DNA of 61,741 bases from an uncultured archaeon (GTDB lineage: Archaea > Asgardarchaeota > Lokiarchaeia > Sigyniarchaeales > SOKP01), in NCBI GenBank assembly GCA_964632315.1, contig CAZWEM010000012.1, forward strand, positions 1 to 61,741, given 5' to 3'. The notes under the pieces are model-generated. The model did not search any database. It was not told where the DNA came from and saw nothing but the letters and a program-made list of their open reading frames with translations. Below, in pieces: positions 27,808 to 37,920 of this stretch. Within the stretch, counting starts at the first letter, position 1, and each line of letters opens with the position of its first letter. The translations under genes and the position numbers were made by a program.

Positions 27808-29580
27808 TTATTCTTCCATCTTTCTCAATTCTCTACGTAAAATTTTACCAACTAGAGTTTTGGGGAGTTCTTCAATTATTTCGACGATTCTAGGGTACTT
27901 ATATGGGCTTATATTTTCCCTACACCATTCGATTAAATTCTCTTTGGTAACTGTATCTCTATATTCTTCTTTTATAGAAACATACGCTTTTATAGTTTCA
28001 CCAGTTCCATCTGGATGGGGAACTCCTATAACTCCTACCTCTTTAATAGCATCATTTTGATACATTAAATTCTCCACTTCAGCAGGAAATACACCGTGTC
28101 CTTTATATTTTATCATATCTCGCTTTCGATCTTTTATCATTACATAACCATCCTTGTCAATACAACCAATATCAGCAGTATATAACCACGTTCGCCCTTG
28201 CTCATCTGTTCTAAGTGCATAATTACTCTCCTCTTCTTTTCCTAAATAGCCAGGAGTGATCTGTGGACCATAAGCGCAAATTTCTCCAAAATATTCGGGG
28301 TTATTAGTACTCTCATCATCAGGACATTGAGAGATAGGTGTTTTGCCATCATTTATATCGACCAGTTTTATAAATGTATCGGATAAAGGGAATCCGACTG
28401 TATTTACTTTAAAATTATGGAAGGGACCACAGCATAGATTAGGACTGGTTTCACTTAATCCATAACCTTCAATAATTAGGGCCCCAGTAATGTCTTCAAA
28501 TTTTTGCTTCACTTCCTCCGGTAAGGATGCGCCCCCACTCACACACGCTTTCAATGTGGTTAATTCTCCTTTAAATTTTATAGAATCTGGATCCTGGTTT
28601 ACTTGATTCCAGAGAGTAGGAACTCCAGGAATATAAGTTGCTTCTTCTTTCATTAATACCTCTAAAATCTTTGATTTTTCCTCTGGAGGTTGGACAAACA
28701 AGATTAATTTGTATCCTAAAGAAATTCCAAGATTCATACCTGTTGAGATTCCAAACACGTGTGCAAAGGGAACTACAAGTCCTACACCACCTTTTCCGTG
28801 AAGATCTCTGGTTTCAGTCAATTGGTTTTCTATCCACTCTCGTGCTTGTTCAGCATTAGCAGACATGTTATAATGTGTTAACATCACGCCTTTTGGAATT
28901 CCCGTAGTTCCACCAGTGTAAATTAAAGTAGCTATGTCCTTTTTTGGATCGATTTTAACTTGAGGTAAATTTACTCGTATTCCACTTATAATAACATCTT
29001 GAAATCCGAGAAAGTTTACTTGATCTAATTTTGTTGGCCACTTTTTCATTCTTGGAATTTTTCCTAAAACTTTTCCCAAAACTGCTTTAATCTTTGGCAA
29101 ATACTCTCCTAATCCTGTTAATATAATATGTTTTAAAGAAGGCATTTTACTCAAATCTTTTTCATGTAAATGCTGTTCATATAGAGCATCAAGAATGATT
29201 AATGCGACACTATTTGAATCATTAATCTGATGAACGATTTCGACAAAACGATGGAGAGGAATAATAGGGTTTGCTATTGCTCCAATTCGCTGCAATGCAT
29301 AGAAAGCAATAACGAATTGAGGGATGTTTGGTAAATCAATTCCAATAATATCTCCTTTTTTGATCCCTAGTTTCGAAAGACCTGTCGCAAATTGGTCCAC
29401 TAACTCATCTAATTCTTTGTAGGTTAATCGAAATCCTTCAAAATAAATGGCTTGAGAATCTGGAAAATCCCTAACCGTATTTCGTAGAACATTACCTAAC
29501 GATATTTCTTGATAATCGATGTGTTTGGGCACATCTTCAGGCCAAAATTTGTACCAAGGGGTTGGGATGTCATCATTCAT
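27808..29580 (-). CDS. long-chain fatty acid--CoA ligase
   Basis: YTGGTTGIPKG, EGYGLSE, TADIG, DRKRDMI and PKTLVGKILRR motifs. Confidence 0.9.
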   Translation of the reverse strand: MNDDIPTPWYKFWPEDVPKHIDYQEISLGNVLRNTVRDFPDSQAIYFEGFRLTYKELDELVDQFATGLSKLGIKKGDIIGIDLPNIPQFVIAFYALQRIGAIANPIIPLHRFVEIVHQINDSNSVALIILDALYEQHLHEKDLSKMPSLKHIILTGLGEYLPKIKAVLGKVLGKIPRMKKWPTKLDQVNFLGFQDVIISGIRVNLPQVKIDPKKDIATLIYTGGTTGIPKGVMLTHYNMSANAEQAREWIENQLTETRDLHGKGGVGLVVPFAHVFGISTGMNLGISLGYKLILFVQPPEEKSKILEVLMKEEATYIPGVPTLWNQVNQDPDSIKFKGELTTLKACVSGGASLPEEVKQKFEDITGALIIEGYGLSETSPNLCCGPFHNFKVNTVGFPLSDTFIKLVDINDGKTPISQCPDDESTNNPEYFGEICAYGPQITPGYLGKEEESNYALRTDEQGRTWLYTADIGCIDKDGYVMIKDRKRDMIKYKGHGVFPAEVENLMYQNDAIKEVGVIGVPHPDGTGETIKAYVSIKEEYRDTVTKENLIEWCRENISPYKYPRIVEIIEELPKTLVGKILRRELRKMEE

Positions 29581-29877
29581 TTTAATTTCACCTTTTTTTT
29601 CTTATAAATAATTTATATTGTATTGAATGATTATTTAAAATTTATTTAAAAATCAATCCATAATTAAAATCAATAGAAGAATAAGAGAACTAGATATGGG
29701 AAGAAAAATCAATTAGATTTTTAATTAATTACTTTTTTCATCAAGTAATTCCTTTTAAAGCAATTAGATCGCAATTTCGAAATTTCATCTTCAAATTAAA
29801 ACTTTATATCTGAATCTATCAATAATAATATTTAACAATCAATTTAATCCAAATAAAAAAGTGAAAGTGAATAAAAA

Positions 29878-31593
29878 ATGTCAAGTCCGTATGAAAGTCG
29901 ATTTTGGAAAAAAAATTGGGATGATCATGTAGAAGATTTTGATCCAAAAGATTTTGAGATTACTTATCCCGAATTGATAAAAGACGCATTCATAGAATTT
30001 CCTGACAAAATGGCCATAGAATATCTAGGAGTACAATTGACATTTAGAGAAGTTGATGAATATTCAAACCAATTTGCTAACATGCTGATTGAGCAAGGAT
30101 TTAAAAAGGGGGATGTAGTAGGAATTAATTTACCTAATACTCCTCAATATATAATTGCTTTAGTTGGAACATTAAAAGCAGGTTGTATTGTTTCGGGGGT
30201 ATCTCCGCTTCTCTCAGCGGTCCAAATACAATATCAAATTAATGATTTAGGGTCAGGTGGAAAACAAGTTGCATTAATTACCCTTGATGCTATTTTTGCG
30301 GGTCATATTGTAAAGATAGCTGAAAAAATGCCACAGTTGAAAATAGTAATAACTACTAGTGTAGCTAGTTTTCTTCCCAAAATAAAACAAATTTTGGGTA
30401 AAGCCTTAGGAAAAGTTCCTAAAGGAAAGGTAACTCCTTTAGAGGGCAAGATGGTTCTTGACCTTCACGAAGACGTTTTTGGAAAGTATTCTACAAACCC
30501 AGTTAATGTTTCAATCACGCCCGATGATATTGGATGGATTCAATATACTGGAGGTACAACAGGACCTCCAAAAGGAGCAATGTTGAGTCATAAAAATTGC
30601 GTCTCAAACATGAAAAGCATAATTTCGTGGCTAAATTGGGAGAGAGGAAAAGGAATTTTATGTTCTGGATTTCCTTATTTTCATATCGCAGGGTTAACTG
30701 TTTGCGAAAGTTCTATTTCTGCTGGATTTGGACAACTTGTGATTCCAAATCCTAGAGATACTGATCATATCGTGAAGGTAATGAAAAAATATCATCCTAC
30801 AAATTTAGTGAACGTCCCATCGCTTTATCAATTATTAATAAAGAATCCTAAATTTCGAGAGATTGACCATTCAGAATTAGGAACTTGTGTTTCAGCAGCA
30901 TCTCCCTTCCCCAAAGAATCTCAAGAAGTATTAGAAAGTATAATTGGAAAAGGAAAGTTGCTAGAGCTTTATGGAATGACTGAAACCGCTCCAGTGAGTA
31001 CAATGAACCCTAGCTTAGGAGAAAAGAAACTTGGAACAGTAGGATTACCAATTCAGAATGTAGAGTTAAAGCTTGTCGATCCAGATACAGGAAAAGAAGT
31101 TCCACTGGGAAACCCAGGAGAAATTTGTGTTAAGGGACCTTTAGTTATGGAAGGGTATTACAATAAACCCGAAGAAACCAAAAAAGCAGTCGATTCGGAT
31201 GGATACATGCATACTGGAGATGTAGGAATAATGGATGAGGAAGGATATATTAGAATTGTTGACAGAACAAAAGACATGATAATTGTAGGAGGATATAAGG
31301 TATTTTCGAGTAAAGTGGAGGATACATTAACGAAACATCCTGCAATTGGAATGATTGCTCTCATTGGAGAACCAAATCCTGATAGACCCGGTTCTGAACT
31401 AGTAAATGCATATATTCAATTAGATCCAGATTATGTATATGACGGAAATGAGGATAAATTAATATCTGATATTGAAGTATATGCAAAGGAACAATGTGCT
31501 CCTTATGAAGTGCCAAAAAAGTTCCATATCATGGAAGATATTCCACTTACCGCCGTAGGTAAGATTGATAAGAAAGTTTTACGCCAAAATTAA
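29878..31593 (+). CDS. long-chain fatty acid--CoA ligase
   Basis: YTGGTTGPPKG, YGMTE, HTGDVG, DRTKDMI and PLTAVGKIDKK motifs. Confidence 0.9.
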   Translation: MSSPYESRFWKKNWDDHVEDFDPKDFEITYPELIKDAFIEFPDKMAIEYLGVQLTFREVDEYSNQFANMLIEQGFKKGDVVGINLPNTPQYIIALVGTLKAGCIVSGVSPLLSAVQIQYQINDLGSGGKQVALITLDAIFAGHIVKIAEKMPQLKIVITTSVASFLPKIKQILGKALGKVPKGKVTPLEGKMVLDLHEDVFGKYSTNPVNVSITPDDIGWIQYTGGTTGPPKGAMLSHKNCVSNMKSIISWLNWERGKGILCSGFPYFHIAGLTVCESSISAGFGQLVIPNPRDTDHIVKVMKKYHPTNLVNVPSLYQLLIKNPKFREIDHSELGTCVSAASPFPKESQEVLESIIGKGKLLELYGMTETAPVSTMNPSLGEKKLGTVGLPIQNVELKLVDPDTGKEVPLGNPGEICVKGPLVMEGYYNKPEETKKAVDSDGYMHTGDVGIMDEEGYIRIVDRTKDMIIVGGYKVFSSKVEDTLTKHPAIGMIALIGEPNPDRPGSELVNAYIQLDPDYVYDGNEDKLISDIEVYAKEQCAPYEVPKKFHIMEDIPLTAVGKIDKKVLRQN

Positions 31594-31818
31594 ATTGGTT
31601 AAAAATAAAGTTGATTATCAATAATTATAAGAAGAACAGAAAAGAAATTCATAAAAATTTAATTAACAAATATTTTTTTCATTACTTCTAATTTTTAGTT
31701 ATATATTAATGATTTTTCAATCTAAAACTTCCAAAATTCCTTTGAATTAGTTATTTAATTCATATTATTATTTTCAATTAAAAAGTTACAGGATCTTTAA
31801 AACATTTTAACTCTTTCT

Positions 31819-32505
31819 TTAAATGTGAAAATCATCACTAATCCACGTCATCGTGCTCTGTAGTTGCATTTCTTCCTGGATTTGTTCTTTATAGGGTGCT
31901 CTAGAGATCATTAAAATTAGTTCTCGAATTCTTGAATCGACGTTTAATTTCTCATATTTTTTATTAATTGCTTTTTTACTTTTTTTAGATTTACTTGTAG
32001 ATACGTATCCTTGATCGACTAAAGAATATATAAGATTTTGTGCGTGTTTTCTGTCAATTCCAAGATAATAACAAATTTTTTTGAGAGCATTTTCAAGATT
32101 ACCTTTTGAAGTGATTATCGCGCTTATTCCTAAATACCTTCTTTTCACCAGGACCTTCCAAGATTCTTTAACATCAATTTTATCGACAGAATTTTGTAAT
32201 TGTAGTTTTTTTTGGGATTCTTCATCATATGGTGTTCGGGAGATAATAAAAACTAGATCTTGAATTATAGAATCTATTGTTATTTTCTTTTGCTTGCGGT
32301 GATTTTTGTAATATTCAACCCTTACATACCCCTCTTTATTGAGTAAATTGATGAGATTATGAGCATGTTTACGATCGAGACCAAGATAAAGATTTATCTT
32401 CTGTATAGTCTTTTCAGGATCACCATCAGAGGCAATTATAGCGCTTAGACCTAAAAATCGTCTTTTAACTAACTTTTTCCACAACCTATATCTATGTATT
32501 TCCAT
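31819..32505 (-). CDS. protein of two tandem homologous winged-helix-like domains (putative DNA-binding)
   Basis: Internal duplication WKxLVKRRxLGxSAIIxSxG...KIxxYLGxDRKHAxNLIxxLxxxGYV...DSxIxxLxxxISRxPYxExxQ occurs twice. Confidence 0.75.
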   Translation of the reverse strand: MEIHRYRLWKKLVKRRFLGLSAIIASDGDPEKTIQKINLYLGLDRKHAHNLINLLNKEGYVRVEYYKNHRKQKKITIDSIIQDLVFIISRTPYDEESQKKLQLQNSVDKIDVKESWKVLVKRRYLGISAIITSKGNLENALKKICYYLGIDRKHAQNLIYSLVDQGYVSTSKSKKSKKAINKKYEKLNVDSRIRELILMISRAPYKEQIQEEMQLQSTMTWISDDFHI

Positions 32506-32642
32506 TCATAAAACGACATGTAAAAGACTTAAGATAATCCATAATTTAGATTAAAAATATTTAAATTTACCTAATTTATCAACTAATATTTCGAAATAAG
32601 ATGAAAAATCACTCCCTAAAACCGTTAAATATATTATAATTA

Positions 32643-32731
32643 CCCATATATATGGGAGGGTTACCCACACCCATGGGACATTTTTTAGTTTCCCATTCTT
32701 ATGGGTGACATGGATCTCCCGTAACTATAGG
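32643..32731. repeat. array of four 14-bp palindromic boxes CCCRY-N4-ATRGG
   Basis: CCCATATATATGGG 32643-32656, CCCACACCCATGGG 32664-32677, CCCATTCTTATGGG 32692-32705, CCCGTAACTATAGG 32718-32731, all within very AT-rich DNA. Confidence 0.75.
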
Positions 32732-33269
32732 AAAATATGCAAAAATACAATTAAATATGTTCAAACTCTATATTCGTATAATGGAACAAGAATAGAAACC
32801 TAAATTTCAGATTGGAAATATAAAATTTTATGAAATCTGTTTTGATTTTACAAGAATTCTGTTCCAGCAAAAAGTAGATGTCGATAAAGAGAAAATAATG
32901 ATTATTATTCTCTTCTATTGACAGGCATGTTTAGAAATAGTAATACGTTTTTAAAAGACAAAAATCCAGGGTTGGGTAAGGGGACCCAATACCAAGAGCA
33001 TTATGTAAAGAATCACTAAGTCATATATTTAATCTTCTAGAATTTAGTCTTTAGAACAATTTTCATCAAATTTGCAAAATTAAATTCGTCTTAGGTTTCA
33101 ATTTGGTATAAGTTTTGTGCAATCTTATTTTCTTTCGTTCAGTTGTTATTGTATTGTGCATTTTTTTAATGAAATTTATATTTGAATTAGTTTTTTATAT
33201 TTTACTTCACTCTAAAGGATAGAGTTTAAGTAGGAATTACAGATCAGCAATTTACACTTAATAAACAAA

Positions 33270-33997
33270 ATGTTAGAATTTAATCTCGTGCGAGGAGTTG
33301 TTATATTAATAGCCTTTACAACAATGTCCTTTTTTTCATTTTTATGGGGTTTAAAATCTCCCGAAACACTTCTTACAGTATTCTAACAAGGTTTTCCTTG
33401 CAGGAACATTTTTCTTATATGCAATAGGAGCCAGTATTAACATTTCTTACTTTATTCTTGCCAATCTTTTTGCTATATTACATCATGAAGCTATTTTATT
33501 ATTACTCTACTCCATCGTGATCAATATTATTTACGATTTGTGCATGTTACATCATTTTCCAGTATTCCAAACGAAAGGTAAATTTCACTCCCAAATATCG
33601 ATATCTGGGAGCAGGGATTTTTATTGCTTGTATCTTTCCTTTAAACCTTTTTATGGGATTTAATTTTATGGATTTTAACGCATCTACGGGTTGGGCTCCC
33701 TTCTACCATCCATAATATGCTGTCTACTTCGGATCCGTACTTTTAGTTTTCATAATCCTTGAAGTTAGGGAAGCGTATAAAATCTATAATTACCTTAAAG
33801 TGCATATAAAACAAACTTCTGCAATATACTGGAAAAGGTTTAATATTGGAATCCTGGGAATTCCTTCAATAATGCTTATCCTCCCATTTTCCCTCATCAC
33901 GCTCGATCCACTACTAAGAGATCTTGACTCAATATCCTTTATATTTTTGTTCCTTTTCGCGATTTTAATATATAGTGGGTTCACCGGGAAAAAATGA
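33270..33997 (+). pseudogene. decayed multi-TM (7TM-like) membrane protein gene
   Basis: Hydrophobic coding fragments in different frames with stops: MLEFNLVRGVVILIAF..., NKVFLAGTFFLYAIG..., TGWAPFYHP*YAVYF...YWKRFNIGILG...LIYSGFTGKK. Confidence 0.55.
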
Positions 33998-34171
33998 GAT
34001 AAAACTATTAAATAGATAAGTAAAATTTAACTAAAAAGTTTTAAAGCATAATTATTGTTTAGTTAGATTTGCTTTACTTAATTCTGATCCTCCTATTTAA
34101 TTTGTGACTTGGAATTTCTAGGCAATTTCTTTATATATTTCTTATTTTTTTTTAATTTTAGTGACATACGA

Positions 34172-35503
34172 ATGGATTCGATTACTGGAATTTGGAAAGG
34201 TGAGATTAACGCGGCAGGGGCAATAGTGCCTATATCCTTTTCAATAAAGGATGATTCTAAGGGATTTTTGTCTGGATCGTTAATCAGCCAAGGACAATCA
34301 ATAAAAGCAGATAAAATTAGTATTAAAAATCATGATCTTTTCATTGAATTCAATAAAATTAATGGAAAGTTCCAAGGGATATTTAATTCATCCACATCCA
34401 CGATTATAGGAGTCTGGACTCAGGGGAACCAAGATTTTGACTTATCCTTGCAAAAAACGCAAACTCCGGTAGAAATACTTCGACCTCAAATACCCCATAA
34501 ACCTTATCCCTATGTTGAGAAAAACGTTAAATATGCAAACAAAAATGCTAATATTGTATTAGGAGGAACATTAACTTATCCAAATATAACTCCACCCTAT
34601 CCAGCGCTAATTTTAATATCAGGCTCAGGAGCTGAAGATCGAGATGAAACGATATTCGGTCATAAACCATTTTTAGTCTTAGCAGATAATTTAACCAGAA
34701 AAGGTTTTGCAGTGCTAAGAGTCGATGATCGTGGCGTTGGCGAGTCTACTGGCAATTACATTGAAGCAACGAATGCTGATTTTGCAAGTGATGTCAAAAC
34801 AGGCATAGATTTTCTAAAAAAGCAGAAAGAAATAAATCAGAATAAAATTGGATTAATAGGTCATAGTGAGGGCGGAGTAATTGCCCCCCTTGTAGCTAGT
34901 CAAAACTCAGATGTTGCTTTTATCGTTTTAATGGCCGGTCCAGGATTACCATTAAAACAAATTCTTTACATGCAGGGAGAATTAATTGCTAGAGCAAATC
35001 ATATGAGTGAAGAATTAATCTCCAAGCAAAGATATTTACAAGAGATAATGTTCTCATATGTAAAAAACGAAAAAAATATCGAAATTGCTGAAGAAAAAAT
35101 TAGGAAAGCTATCACTGAAGAATTCAAGGATGTGAAAGATAAAAATCTACCTCTCACCTCAGAGGATTCAATCAACGCTCAAATTGAAATGGTTTTATCC
35201 CCTTGGTTTCGCGATTTTCTCACATACGATCCCAAAGAAGCATTAAGGAAAGTAGAATGTCCTGTTTTAGCATTAAATGGAGAAAAGGATCTTCAAGTAC
35301 CTGCAAAAGAGAATCTTACAGCTATCAAAGAAGCACTTCAAAGCGGGGGAAATACTAATTATGAGGTTTTGGAAATACCAAACTTAAACCATTTGTTTCA
35401 AACTGCGGACACGGGGGCTATAACAGAATATGCCCAAATTCAGGAAACAATCTCTCCAAAAGCACTTGAGATTATTGGGGATTGGTTAATGAAGCAAATT
35501 TAG
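34172..35503 (+). CDS. alpha/beta-fold hydrolase (serine esterase/peptidase)
   Basis: LISGSGAEDRDE, DDRGVG, GHSEGG nucleophile elbow, GEKDLQV and LNHLFQ. ATG at 34172 is preferred over TTG at 34109. Confidence 0.85.
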   Translation: MDSITGIWKGEINAAGAIVPISFSIKDDSKGFLSGSLISQGQSIKADKISIKNHDLFIEFNKINGKFQGIFNSSTSTIIGVWTQGNQDFDLSLQKTQTPVEILRPQIPHKPYPYVEKNVKYANKNANIVLGGTLTYPNITPPYPALILISGSGAEDRDETIFGHKPFLVLADNLTRKGFAVLRVDDRGVGESTGNYIEATNADFASDVKTGIDFLKKQKEINQNKIGLIGHSEGGVIAPLVASQNSDVAFIVLMAGPGLPLKQILYMQGELIARANHMSEELISKQRYLQEIMFSYVKNEKNIEIAEEKIRKAITEEFKDVKDKNLPLTSEDSINAQIEMVLSPWFRDFLTYDPKEALRKVECPVLALNGEKDLQVPAKENLTAIKEALQSGGNTNYEVLEIPNLNHLFQTADTGAITEYAQIQETISPKALEIIGDWLMKQI

Positions 35504-35516
35504 ATTCATTGGTATA

Positions 35517-36290
35517 TTATTGAGATAACTTAGCTCTCACAATATCGACGACTTCAGGCAGCACATCTCCAATTTTTTCGTGAATTGCTACTTCTGCATG
35601 ATTATCCATATCAGTATTTTGAATGTTAATAATTGCTAGCTTGGCTCCATTTTGAAGAACTTTACGAGGATAAAATGCTACGGGATACACTAATAATGAA
35701 GAACCAAGAACCAATAAAAGATCGCAATCTGAAATCATATCTTCAGCAGCCATTAACGCTTTAGAATGAAGAGGTTCCCCAAAAAAAATCGCATTTGGTT
35801 TTAACAAACCATTACATGTTTTACAAGAGGGAGAATAATTACCTTTTAACACTTGATTGATCATATCTGTAATTGGATATATTTTTTGACATCGCATGCA
35901 TATGGCTTCATTAGCAGTGCCATGCAACTCAATAACACCCTTTGTTTTAGCTCTCTTGTGAAGTCCATCAATGTTTTGAGTCAAAACTCCTTTTAATTTA
36001 CCTAATTTTTGTAATTTTGTTAATGCTTTATGTCCTTTGTTTGGTTTTGACTTGAAGATTTGCATGCCCATTTCTAACATGAATTTAAGATTCTTTCCAG
36101 TATTTGATACGTAAGAATTAATGCTTGCAAATTCATTAGGGTTAACTTTCTCCCATAAACCCGTTCCTGGGCTTCGAAAATCAGCAATTCCGCTTTCTGT
36201 GCTCATTCCTGCACCAGTTAAGGCAACGGTGTTTTCTGAGTCTAATATGAGGTCTGCTAATCGTTCAATTTTGATATTTAGATCTTCCAT
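35517..36290 (-). CDS. cobB: NAD-dependent protein deacylase, Sir2 family
   Basis: TGAGMSTESGIADFR, TQNIDGLH, ELHG, two CxxC pairs and GSSLLVYP. Confidence 0.9.
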   Translation of the reverse strand: MEDLNIKIERLADLILDSENTVALTGAGMSTESGIADFRSPGTGLWEKVNPNEFASINSYVSNTGKNLKFMLEMGMQIFKSKPNKGHKALTKLQKLGKLKGVLTQNIDGLHKRAKTKGVIELHGTANEAICMRCQKIYPITDMINQVLKGNYSPSCKTCNGLLKPNAIFFGEPLHSKALMAAEDMISDCDLLLVLGSSLLVYPVAFYPRKVLQNGAKLAIINIQNTDMDNHAEVAIHEKIGDVLPEVVDIVRAKLSQ

Positions 36291-36498
36291 AGAGTAATTT
36301 TCTCCAATTTTTCATTGTCTTAAACAAAAATTGAAAAAATATTTAATATGATTGTTTTTATTAATTGATTATAATATAATATTATAATTCAATATATTTA
36401 TTGAATTTCTCAGTAAAATCACGATTCATCATTCGAAATCGGGTTTGAAGTATTAGAAAATTTAATATTTATGAAATTAGGCATAGAGTGAAATTGAA

Positions 36499-37047
36499 AT
36501 GGCTGTAATTCAAAAATCCTATATTTATAAGATAGCTGTCGTCGGAAATGGTGGTGTGGGAAAAACTTCGATGGTTTTAAGGTATTGTGAGAATGCTTTC
36601 AAAGAAAATTATATCATGACTATTGGATCTAATTTTTCAACTAAAACTGTTGATCTACCAGAATATCCTAATTTTCAAGTAAAACTTCAGATCTGGGACC
36701 TTGCAGGACAAAAGCATTTCAGTTTTGTGCGCCCTCCGTTTTACCGTGGTGCAACAGGGGTAGTTTACGTGTTTGACCTCACAAGGCGTTCCTCATTTGC
36801 AGACCTTAATGATTGGAAGAACGAGGTAGAAAAAGTTATTGGTCAAAAAGCTAGTATCTTAGTGGGAAACAAGATAGATTTAGCAAGTGAGGGAACAAGA
36901 GAGGTTTCTACGCAAGATGGAGAAGCTCTGAAGGCAGAACTTGGAGCAAAAAAATATTTTGAAACTAGTGCTAAAGAAGGAGATTCAGTGGAAGATGTGT
37001 TTAAGGAGTTGACCGTAGAAATTTTAAGAACTGCTGGTAAAATTTAA
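36499..37047 (+). CDS. Rab-like small GTPase (Ras superfamily; eukaryotic signature protein)
   Basis: G1 GNGGVGKT, G2 TIG, G3 IWDLAGQ, FYRGA, G4 NKID, G5 ETSAK. Confidence 0.92.
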   Translation: MAVIQKSYIYKIAVVGNGGVGKTSMVLRYCENAFKENYIMTIGSNFSTKTVDLPEYPNFQVKLQIWDLAGQKHFSFVRPPFYRGATGVVYVFDLTRRSSFADLNDWKNEVEKVIGQKASILVGNKIDLASEGTREVSTQDGEALKAELGAKKYFETSAKEGDSVEDVFKELTVEILRTAGKI

Positions 37048-37152
37048 TTTGTAGATTATAAACATTAAATTAAAATTGAGAGATTTATTTTTAACTTTAA
37101 CATACTATTGATTTTTATACAATTTAAAATAATTAAGAAAGAGAAATAAAAA

Positions 37153-37869
37153 ATGTTTGGAGGAGCTCAAAGAAGTTATGATCGTGCCCTCACTGTTTTT
37201 TCTCCAGAAGGGCGCTTATTTCAAGTCGAGTATGCTTTAGAAGCTGTAAGGCGTGGAACATTAGCAGTTGCGGTAAAATCAAAAGATGCGGTTTGTCTTG
37301 CTGCCCAGATCAAAGTGCCGTCGAAATTGATGGATGCAGATTCTATAGATAAAATCTTCCAAGTTGATCAACACATAGGTGTTGCAATTTCTGGGTTACA
37401 TGCCGATTCCCGAGCATTAATTAATTACGCAAGGGTTCAAGCACAATCATTTCGGTTAACTTATGATGAACCAGTTAGATTATCAATGTTAGTTAAATCA
37501 ATAGCTGATATTAAGCAACAGTATACACAATATGGTGGTATTCGCCCATTTGGGTGTGCATTGTTTTTCATTGCCGTTGATCCCGCAGGAACCCAAATCT
37601 ACACGACATCGCCTAGTGGAATTTATCGATCATTCAAAGCATATGCATTAGGGAGTGGTGAGGCGAAAGCAAGAGAATATCTCAGCGAGCATTATAAAGA
37701 GGATATGCCCTTCGAAGAGCTTGTTAAACTCACTTTAAACACGTTAAAAGAATCGATTGATGAAGAAATCAATAAGGAAAATGCGCGTTTGGCTTACGTG
37801 AAAACTGAAGATAAAACGTTTCATGAATGCACTAAAGATGAAATTGAAACCTTTATTTCAAAGCAATAA
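37153..37869 (+). CDS. psmA: proteasome subunit alpha
   Basis: YDRALTVFSPEGRLFQVEYALEAV signature; TQYGGIRPFG. Confidence 0.95.
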   Translation: MFGGAQRSYDRALTVFSPEGRLFQVEYALEAVRRGTLAVAVKSKDAVCLAAQIKVPSKLMDADSIDKIFQVDQHIGVAISGLHADSRALINYARVQAQSFRLTYDEPVRLSMLVKSIADIKQQYTQYGGIRPFGCALFFIAVDPAGTQIYTTSPSGIYRSFKAYALGSGEAKAREYLSEHYKEDMPFEELVKLTLNTLKESIDEEINKENARLAYVKTEDKTFHECTKDEIETFISKQ

Positions 37870-37920
37870 GCTTTACACTACTTATTTTTAAAATAATAGA
37901 AATAAAAAAAATTAGATTCT

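Noticed and set aside
32643-32731. CRISPR array or canonical ORB origin
   Set aside because: Units are 14 bp with 7-14 bp gaps, too short for CRISPR, and there are no cas genes. They do not match the ORB consensus and no orc1/cdc6 gene is nearby.
32885-32995. Small hairpins (GAGAAAATAAT/ATTATTATTCTC; TTGGGT-AAGGGG-ACCCAA) as another ncRNA
   Set aside because: These are isolated short stems with no nested architecture or strand-diagnostic wobble pattern.
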